Source of the DNA: Nitrospirota bacterium
Lineage (GTDB): Bacteria > Nitrospirota > UBA9217
NCBI GenBank assembly: GCA_963741205.1
Contig: CAVUHW010000012.1
Span: 89,152-153,151, forward strand
Reading direction: 5' to 3'
Length of the DNA stretch: 64,000 bases
Under the pieces are notes generated by a model. It worked only from the letters and a program-made list of their open reading frames with translations, had not been told where the DNA came from and did no database searches. The translations under genes and the position numbers were made by a program. Below are positions 54,711 to 64,000 of the stretch, one piece after another. Within the stretch, counting starts at the first letter, position 1. Each line of letters begins with the position of its first letter.

Positions 54711-57700
54711 ATGGCCCTTATTCACCTCTTTCGCACCCCGGCCCTCTCGGCCTACCAGACCGCAGGCCTGCTCACGACGGCGCAGCAGAAGGTTTCTCCC
54801 GCAATCCGCGGGATCGAGACCGAGTTCTGCTTTAACGTGGCCGCGGACAGCCCGCTCACCGCGGACGAAATGCGCCTGCTCCGCTGGCTCCTTGCCGAGA
54901 CCTTCGAGCCTGAAAAATTCTCCGACAGCAGTTTCCTCCCTCGATCCCGCAATCCCTCGTCCCTCGTACTCGATTCTCGAAGTCGGCCCCCGCATGAACT
55001 TCACGACCGCCTGGTCCACGAACGCGGTCTCGGTCTGCCACGCCTGCGGCCTCAGGAAGATATCGAGGATCGAACGCTCCCGGCGCTATCCTCTTGCTCT
55101 CTGACGATCCCTCAGCCGTGAGCCCTGAGCTAAGAGCTCGGTTCCTCTCTCTCGTTCACGACCGCATGACCGAGTGCCCGTACCCTGAACCGCTGTCGAC
55201 CTTCGAGACCGGGATAAAACCCGAGCCGGTGCGCGTCATCCCGCTCCTGGAAAAGGGGAGGGCCGCGCTTGAAACGATCAACCGCGAGATGGGGCTGGGT
55301 CTTGATGATTGGGACCTGGACTACTACACGAACCTCTTCGTAAAGGACATCAAGCGGAATCCGACGAACGTGGAGTGCTTCGACCTCTCGCAGTCGAACA
55401 GCGAGCACTCGCGCCACTGGTTCTTCCGGGGCCGGCTCATCGTGGACGGGAAAGAAGTCCCCGAGACCCTGATGAAGATCGTAAAGGAAACCTGGGAGGC
55501 GAACCGGAACAACAGCGTCATCGCCTTCAGCGATAATTCGAGCGCAATTACCGGATACGACATCATGACCATCATCCCCGAGGCCGTGGGCATGCCCTCC
55601 GCATTCCGCGAGTCGCGCCGGAAATACCATATCATCTTTACCGCCGAGACGCACAACTTCCCGTCGGGCGTCGCGCCCTTCCCCGGGGCCGAGACCGGCA
55701 CGGGCGGCCGCATCCGCGACGTGCAGGCGACGGGCACGGGCGGCCTCGTCGTCGCGGGCACGGCCGCCTACTGCGTGGGAAACCTGCGCATACCGGGCTA
55801 CGAACTTCCCTGGGAAGACGCTTCATATTCATATCCGAATAATCTCGCCTCGCCGCTCCAGATCGAGGTCGAGGCCAGCAACGGCGCCTCCGACTATGGC
55901 AACAAGTTCGGCGAGCCCCTGATCCAGGGTTTCACGCGCTCCTTCGGCCTGCGGCTGCCCGACGGCGAGCGGCGGGAGTGGATCAAGCCCATCATGTTTT
56001 CCGGCGGCATCGGCCAGATGGATTCCCGCCATACGAAAAAAACGGAAGCCGGCAAAGGCATGCTCGTGGTCAAGGTCGGAGGCCCGGCCTACCGCATCGG
56101 CATGGGCGGCGGCGCGGCCTCTTCCATGATCCAGGGCGAGAACATCGCGGAGCTCGACTTCAACGCCGTGCAGCGTGGCGACGCCGAGATGGAGCAGAAG
56201 CTGAACCGCGTGATCCGCGCCTGCGTCGGAATTGGGCGAGAAGAACCCGATCCAGAGCATCCACGACCAGGGCGCGGGCGGCAACTGCAACGTGGTGAAG
56301 GAAATCGTGCACCCCGCGGGCGCGAAGATTGAAATTCGCAGGGTCCAGGTCGGCGACAATACGCTCTCGGTGCTCGAGATCTGGGGGGCCGAGTACCAGG
56401 AGCAGAACGCGCTCCTGCTCGCGCCCGGAGCATGAGGCCTTGTTCAGGTCTCTCTGCCTGCGCGAGAAGGTCCCCGTCGCGGTCATCGGCACGGTCACGG
56501 GCGACGGCCGCATCGTGCTCTACGACGAGGTTGACCAGTCGACGCCGGAGGACCTGGAGCTTGCCAAGGTACTCGGCGACATGCCGCAGAAGGTCTTCAG
56601 GCTCGACAGAAAGAAAAGAGCACTGAAAGCCGCTCGAGCTTCCGAAGGACCTGACCATACGGAAGGCGCTCGACCGCGTCCTGCGCCTTGTCTCGGTCGG
56701 TTCCAAGCGCTTCCTTACGAACAAGGTGGACCGTTCGGTCACGGGCTTGATCGCGCGCCAGCAGTGCGCGGGACCGCTCCAGCTCACCGTGTCCGACGTG
56801 GCGGTCATTGCCCAGTCCCACTTCGGCCTGACCGGCGCGGCGATCTCGATCGGAGAGCAGCCGGTGAAAGAGCTGATCGATCCCGCTGCCATGGCGAGGA
56901 TGAGCGTCGGAGAAGCGCTCACGAACATCGTCTGGGCACGGGTCTCCGGTCTCGGGGACATCCGCTGCTCCGCGAACTGGATGTGGGCGCCGAAGCTGCC
57001 GGGAGAAGGGGCCCGGCTCTACGACGCGGCAGCAGCCATGCGCGACGTCATGATCGAGTTCGGGATGGCCGTGGACGGAGGCAAGGACAGCCTGTCCATG
57101 GCCGCCAGGGTAACGAGTCCCGACGGAAGCGGCGAGACCGTGAAGTCGCCGGGCACGCTGGTGATCTCAGCCTACGTGACCTGCCCGGATATCACGAAGA
57201 CCGTAACACCGGACCTCAAGGCCCCGGGCAAGAGCAAAATCCTCTTCATCGATCTCGGTCACGGACAGGACCGGCTCGGCGGCTCGGCGCTCGCGCAGGT
57301 CTTCGGTCAGGTCGGGGACAAGTCTCCCGACCTCGACGATCCCCAGCTTCTCACCAGGACGTTTAACGCCGTTCAGAACCTCGTAGAAGATGAGCTTATT
57401 CTCGCGGGCCATGACCGTTCCGACGGCGGACTCGCGACCACGCTATTGGAAATGGCTTTTTCCGGCAACTGCGGCATCGAAATAGACCTCGGCAAAAAGA
57501 ACGATGCCGTCGCCGCTCTCTTCTCCGAAGAGCTCGGTGTCGCCATCGAATACCTTCCGGCAGAAGAATCAAGAATCTTCGCCATTCTCGACAGGGCCGC
57601 GGTGCCGTATCAGGTGATCGGCAAAACAATGCCGGATAAGAGGATAGTCTTCTCACTCCGGACCCCGAACTCTGAACTGCGAACTGTCCTGGACGAAGAC

Positions 57701-58699
57701 ATGCGCGTACTCCGCGACATCTGGGAAGAGACGAGCCATAAGCTTGATCTGATGCAGAGAAACCCCGAGAACATCAAGGAAGAACGGAAGAACATCTACG
57801 ACCGCAGGGGCCCGTCCTTTGTCATTCCTTTTACGCCGGCGCAGACAAGCGACAATACCTTCTGCAGCGCGTCGAAGCCGAAAGTAGCCGTGATCCGCGA
57901 AGAGGGAAGCAACGGCGACCGCGAGATGGTCTCCGCCTTCTTCCTTGCCGGATTCGAGCCCTGGGACGTTACCGTCACCGATCTGCTCGACGGCCGGATC
58001 ACCCTCGACCGGTTCCGGGGAATCGCTTTTGTCGGAGGGTTCAGCTACGCCGATGTCCTGGATTCGGCCAAGGGCTGGGCCGCGTCCATCCGTTTCAACA
58101 AAAAGGTCTGGGACCAGTTCGAGACCTTCTATCACCGCCCGGACACCTTCAGCCTCGGCGTGTGCAACGGCTGCCAGCTCATGGCGCTCTTGGGATGGGT
58201 GCCCTGGCGCGGGATCGCCGACCGACCTCCAGCCCCGCTTCATCCACAACAAGTCCGGCCGCTTCGAGTCGCGGTTCTCGACCGTGAAGATCCTGAAAAG
58301 TCCCTCCCTCATGCTTCAGGGCATGGAAAATTCCGTGCTCGGCATCTGGGTCGCCCACGGTGAAGGCCTGGCTTATTTCCCGGACGAGCAAACGTTCAGG
58401 GAATGCGAGCACGGCCTTGCGCCCTATCCGCTTCGTCGATGACGATTCAAAGATCACCGAAGTCCTATCCCTTCAATCCCAACGGTTCGCCCGCTGGCAT
58501 TGCCGGCCTCTGCTCTCCCGACGGCCGCCACCTCGCCATGATGCCGCACCCCGAACGATCGGTCCTTGCCTGGCAGTGGGGCTGGCTGCCCGAAGACCTC
58601 AAAAAATCGCTCGAAGTTTCGCCGTGGCTCAGGATGTTCCAGAACGCGCGGGAGTGGTGCGAGACCGTCGGGAATGCGCAAGACAACAAAGCCCGATAG
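54711..58699 (+). CDS. purL: Large single-chain phosphoribosylformylglycinamidine synthase (frameshifted)
   Basis: EVGPR, SQSNSEHSRH, AETHNFP, DGGKDSLSM, GVCNGCQ and MMPHPER. Confidence 0.97.
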
Positions 58700-58918
58700 A
58701 AGGGAGGACATCCCTTTATTGCATATTGACAGAGCCGGAGAGGCTGATTTAGAATACACGGGGATTTTTGTTATCATGCTGATAAGGCCGCTCCCCCAGA
58801 GGTTCTTGAGAGCACTCCCTGGTTTCACTCTCCGAATGGATAAGCAGTATCATGCGGTCTTTGCCGCCCAGCGCGCAATCGGCCGTACTTTCCACTCCGG
58901 GAAAGACGCAACGTCGCG

Positions 58919-60759
58919 ATGAAAAAGAAGATTATCATATTCCTGGCCCTCTCTCTCCTGCTGGCGTCCGCCGGCGGCACCTATCTCCTCGTAACGATCG
59001 AGCGCCGCGCAGCAGACCTTGACCGCCTTATCTTGCTGCATGAGGTGGAGATCCTGCGGGAGCACCTCTTGCTGGACATACGCCGGGTCGAGGGGGACCT
59101 GTATTCACAAGGCACACGCCATCCCGAGAGCGTGGATGCCGTCGTGAGCCACGTCGACGAAATGCAGGACACGATCAAGAGCTGCCTTGACTGTCACCAT
59201 GAACCGTCCGTGTTGGAGCGGCTCTACGACCTGAATCATCAGATCGGCCAATACAGTCAGTCCGTCAGCGCGATCGTGGCCCGGAAGGTGAGGCCCGACC
59301 AGCTGCCGGAAGAACAGGAAAAGGCCCACCTCATCGGCGATTCGCTCATCAGCAAAATCAACACCATGATCGTGTTGACGAACAAGAAGCTCAACGAGCG
59401 GACGGAGGACTCCCTCCAGCAGCTGCACCGGACAAAAATCATCGTGATCCTGCTCATCATCGCCGGCCCCCTGATGATCGCGATATTGGGTTTTACGGCG
59501 ATGAACAGTTTTACGAGGCCGATCCGGGTCCTCCTCGAGGCGACGAAAAAACTCAAGGCGGGAAGTTTTGATTACCGGGTCGTCGGTCTCAAGAACGAGT
59601 TCGCGGAGCTGGCGGTCGCCTTCGACGATATGGGCTCCGCGCTCAGGGAGCATATGAGGGCGATCGAGGAGAGCGAAAAGCGCTATCGTCTTTTGTTCGA
59701 CAGCGCGGCCGACGCCATATTCATCCTGGGCGTTGAAGGCGAGAGCGCCTGCAAGATCCTGCAAGCCAACCCCGCGGCGGCGAAGATGCACGGCTATTCC
59801 GTCAACGAACTCCTCACCATGAAATGCACCGAGCTCGAAGAGTCCGACGGGGCCAAAGGGATGCCCGCCCAGATCGAGCGGATGTTTAAGGGGGAGTGGG
59901 TCCAAACCGAGGTCAATCACCGGAAGAAGGACGGTTCGGTGTTCCCGGTAGAGATCAGCGCCGGCGTATTCGAGGTCGGAGATCACCATTACATCCTTGC
60001 GATCGACCGCGACGTCACCGAGAGAAAGCAGGCGGAGGCGGCGTTGCGGCGGGCGCAGCAGATTAAAAGCGCGGGAGAGCTGGCGACGGGTCTGGCGCAC
60101 GAAATAAAGAACCCTCTGGCCGGCATCAAGGTAACGATGGAGATCCTCGCCGAGGACACGCAGATGTCCGACGAAAACCGGACTGCTCTCACGCGGGTGA
60201 TCGAGGAGATCAGGCGCATCGAATATTTGATGAAGAGCCTCCTGAACTTCGCAAGGCCGCCCAGGCCGCAATTCGCCAAGACCGACGTGAACGCCGTCCT
60301 TGAGACGGTCGCAAGCCTGGCGCTCAAAGACCGCTCATCAGTCCGGGACGGGTCTCACGCGATCCATATCGTCAAGGACCTCCAGCGGGACCTTCCCGAA
60401 GGCGCTGGCCGACCCGATGCAGCTTCAGCAGATCCTCATGAACCTCATCCTGAACGCCGCCGACGCCATGCCGCAGGGGGGGACCGTGTCCCTGCAAACA
60501 CGTTTATGACAGCGCCTCGCATTCCCTCCAGATCAACATAGCCGATACGGGGACGGGAATTGACGAGGCGGCGATGGAAAGCATCTTCAAGCCCTTCTTC
60601 ACGACGAAGCCGAAGGGGACGGGACTGGGGCTGGCGATTACCAAAGCGGCTGATCGAGGAGAATGGAGGGCAGATCATGATCGAAAACAGGACCGGAGGG
60701 GGGGCGCGTGTTCAAGATCAGTCCTGCCCGCCGTCAGGGAAGGGGTTATGCAAACATGA
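58919..60759 (+). CDS. Membrane sensor histidine kinase with periplasmic heme-c motif, HAMP and PAS (frameshifted)
   Basis: TM-CLDCH-TM-HAMP-PAS, then AHEIKNPL and [13 protein letters not shown]. Confidence 0.9.
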
Positions 60760-62146
60760 CCGACAAAGGAAGAATTTTTCTCGTTGATGACGACGACCTG
60801 ATCATTACCATGCTCTCCCGGGTGTTGAAAAACGGCGGATACACCGTCCGCACCGCGACAAGCGCGGACGGCGTCGTGAGCAAGATCAAAGCCTGGTCCC
60901 CGGACGTCGTCCTCCTCGATATCCGGATCGCGGACCGGAGCGGCATCGACGTCCTGCAGGAGCTGGTGGAGCAGGGATCGACGGCCCAGGTCGTCATGCT
61001 GACGGCGGATGATACCGCGGAGACCGCCGTGAAGGCCATGAAGCTTGGCGCCGCGGACTATCTCACGAAGCCTTTTAATGTGGAAGAGGTAAAAATCGTC
61101 CTCGGCAACATCGTTGAAAAAGGCAAGTTGAAGCAGGAGGTCGCCTATCTCAGAAAGGTGCAGTCGGAAGTCATCGAGAAGGAGATCGTCGGCGAGTCGC
61201 CGGCGGTACAGGAATTAAAGTCGAAAATACAGAAGATGGCGGAGGCCTCGGTGTCAACGGTGCTCATCACCGGGGAGAGCGGGACCGGGAAAGAGTTGTT
61301 TGCGCGTTATGCCCACCGCCTGATCCGCGACGAAGGAAAGGCCGGGTTTTCTCCGTTCGTCAAGTTAAACTGCGCGGCCCTCCCCGAGACCCTGCTGGAG
61401 AGCGAGCTCTTCGGGTACGAAAAGGGTTCGTTCACCGACGCCAAGTCGGACAAGAAGGGTTTGTTTGAGCAGGCGCAAGGAGGGTCGATCCTGCTCGATG
61501 AGATCGGAGACATGAAGCAGAGCCTCCAGGGCAAACTCCTGCGGGTGCTCGAGGAGCGGATGGTACGGCCGATCGGGGGAAGAGAAGAGATCCCCATCGA
61601 CACGACGGTCATCGCGACGACGAATGTCAATCTTGAAGATGCGGTCGCCAAGGGAGAGTTTCAGAATGGACCTCTTCTACCGGCTGAGCACCTTTCATCT
61701 GCACGTGCCCGCGCTCAGGGAGCGCAGGGAGGACATTCCGCTTCTCGTCGACTATTATATTTCGTATTATGCCGCGCGTTTTAAAAAGAAGAGTATAAAA
61801 GGCTTTTCACCCGAAGCGCAAGAGCTCATGAAATCCTACAACTGGCCCGGAAACATCCGGGAGCTTCGGAACCTCGTGGAAAGACTCGTGGTGCTCGAAG
61901 GTGAGGAAGATGATCCTGCCCCGGCACCTGCCGAACTGGCTGATGGGCCAGTCAGCCGCCGCGGGTCCGGCGCCGGACGGGAAATTTATGCTTCCCAAGG
62001 ACGGCATATCGCTCGATGAAGTGGAAAAGGACCTGATACGGCAGGCGCTCGACAGGTCGAACCACAACAAGACCCTGGCGGCCAAGCTGCTCCAGATCAG
62101 CTATGATACGCTGCGGTACCAGGTGAAAAAGTACGGTCTCGAGTGA
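60756..62146 (+). CDS. Sigma54-interacting NtrC-family response regulator (frameshifted)
   Basis: REC domain, [28 protein letters not shown] and HTH; ATGA overlap with the kinase. Confidence 0.94.
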
Positions 62147-62303
62147 CACGGAGAGAGCGGACGGATTTTTCCTGCGCTGTCATTGCCGCGAAACTTGTCC
62201 TCGAATGATTCTGTCCGGACGAGCGAAAATCCATTGGATAACCATGGACTCCGGTTGAAGAGCGGAATGACGCCAAAAGGAAAAGGACTTTAAGGACGCA
62301 ACA

Positions 62304-62693
62304 CTAGGCTGTTGCATGCGGCGCGGCAGCAGTATGACGGACCCCGATACGCCTTACGATGGACCTTACTTCTTCGAGGTCGAAGGGCTTTGGGAGGAAA
62401 TGACCGGCATTGCTGTACAGATCCTCAAACTGCTTCTCGTTAAGGTCCACCGCCGTCATAATGACGATCCTGGTTGAGGGCGAGACTTCCCGCACGATCT
62501 TCATGAGGTCGAGACCGTTTGCGTCGGGGAGATTGACATCCAGGAAGCAGATATCATAGGTCGTCCGGTGAATTTCCTTCAATGCGTCTTTCCCGTTCGC
62601 AACGGCCGTTACTATCGCACCGTCGTGACTGAGCGTCGCGGAGAGGGAGTATAAAATCAGATTTTCGTCATCCACCAACAGAATTTTAGGCAT
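62304..62693 (-). CDS. Single-domain response regulator
   Basis: LLVDDE, FLDVNLP, MTA and KPF. Confidence 0.92.
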   Translation of the reverse strand: MPKILLVDDENLILYSLSATLSHDGAIVTAVANGKDALKEIHRTTYDICFLDVNLPDANGLDLMKIVREVSPSTRIVIMTAVDLNEKQFEDLYSNAGHFLPKPFDLEEVRSIVRRIGVRHTAAAPHATA

Positions 62694-63343
62694 TATCGTA
62701 AGAAGTTAAGAGAACATAATATAATTTTCGACCCAATATAAATTCGTTAAGTTTAATATGCAAGTCTCATACTCACAATCGGAAGATGAATTTTTTCGTA
62801 ACTCTCCGATATATTGATAAATTGCCAGAGCAGAATATACTTACGCTCGTCAACTGTTGGTGAAATGGCCAGAGATGGGAGGTCATTTCACCATTTTTTC
62901 GGCAACACATTACCCTCTCATCCTCTCCTCTGGGGTGCCGAGGTTGCGATGAGATTGTTTTCAATCACCGTCGGGTGCCGAGCGGGTGACGAAACGTAAC
63001 GTTATCATATTATCCAGCTGCACAAGGGCATATTAGTTGCATTTAAAATGGGAACAACTCGGTCGATATTTCATCCCGTTGCTCTATCTTACCCGGAGTC
63101 GTTCCTTATTTATTCGGGAATGACGAGATTATGCGATTTTGTGATCTTTCGCTTTTCGATAGACCGAACCGAGTAATCATCCATAACTATATCATAAGTG
63201 AGAGGTCGAGGAATAATAGCGCACAAAGGAACGTTGAGTCGCCCTCCTTGGCATTGGTGTATGACCCTGGCTTACGAAAAAACAGGCATTAGCCGTTTAC
63301 GATAGGATATTCCGGTCACAATATTCATGAACAGGGGAGGCGT

Positions 63344-64000
63344 ATGCTTCATCAGAAAAAAATTGTCGTGGTAATGCCCGCATATAACGCCTCCAAGACA
63401 CTTGAGATGACGTATCACGAGATACCGGAAGACATCGTGGACGAGGTGATTCTGGTCGATGATGCGAGCAGGGACGACACTGCCGATCAAAGCCAGGGAA
63501 CTCGGCATTCATACAATCATCCATCCAGAGAATCGGGGCTACGGCGGCAACCAAAAGACATGTTACCGGGAGGCTTTGTCAAAAGGGGCGGACGTGGTCG
63601 TCATGCTCCACCCCGACTACCAGTATTCTCCCCGACTGATTACGGCCATGGCATCTATGGTCGTGTCCGGGCATTACGATGTCGTCCTGGGCTCGCGGAT
63701 CCTCGGCGGAGAAGTCTCTGAAAGGCGGGATGCCATTCTACAAGTATATTGCGAACCGGTTTCTTACGTTTGTGGAAAACCTGGCGCTCGGCGTGAAACT
63801 GTCGGAATACCATACGGGATTTCGGGCATTCAGCCGCACGGTGCTCGAAACGCTTCCTCTCGAAGCGAACTCCGACGACTTCGTCTTCGACAACGAGATG
63901 CTCGCCCAGGCCGTGTATTTCGGGTTTCGAATCGGAGAGATAAGCTGTCCGACGAAATATTTCGATGACGCCTCCTCGATCAACTTCAGGAGGAGCGTCA
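63344..64000 (+). CDS. Glycosyltransferase family 2 (DPM-synthase-like), truncated by the window end
   Basis: [28 protein letters not shown] and GSRIL. Confidence 0.92.

Noticed and set aside
62759-62774. Sigma54 promoter for the response regulator at 62693
   Set aside because: The -12 TTGCA is present, but the -24 reads AG rather than the invariant GG.

Overview
64 kb of chromosome from a GC-rich anaerobic bacterium. Gene content and order suggest Nitrospirota or Desulfobacterota, but this is inference. Many genes, including mfd, mnmE, parA and purL, are split by 1-bp indels, which looks like unpolished long-read sequence rather than pseudogenes. Left end (1-6.8 kb, minus strand): a corrinoid methyl-transfer cassette with two MtaA/CmuA methyltransferases, an AhpD/CMD protein, an MtrH/CmuB-like methyltransferase, a corrinoid protein, a QueG/reductive-dehalogenase-like Fe-S protein and a RACE activator. 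Next come an OmcS-family hexaheme cytochrome, an HAO-like octaheme cytochrome, a COG0523 GTPase and a cooS-cooF-FNOR CO dehydrogenase operon. The middle holds two-component genes, rlpA, a Lig-like Big_2 repeat lipoprotein, a 12-heme cytochrome and tRNA-Val(CAC), which has two extra att-like copies and an integrase remnant. The right side is housekeeping: rlmI-like, SurA-type PPIases, mfd, pgi, mnmE-mnmG-rsmG, parA-parB-bactofilin and purL. A Clp1-like kinase, hcp, two perfect parS sites and a candidate 6S-like RNA sit between rsmG and parA. The window ends with a heme-c sensor kinase/sigma54 regulator pair and a GT2 gene. Best leads: the mec-like methyltransferase cassette with its RDase-like partner; the OmcS homologue lacking the inter-subunit His; a shared TATGA-N6-TCATA operator linking hcp and the HAO-like gene; and small repeat families that enter coding sequences.
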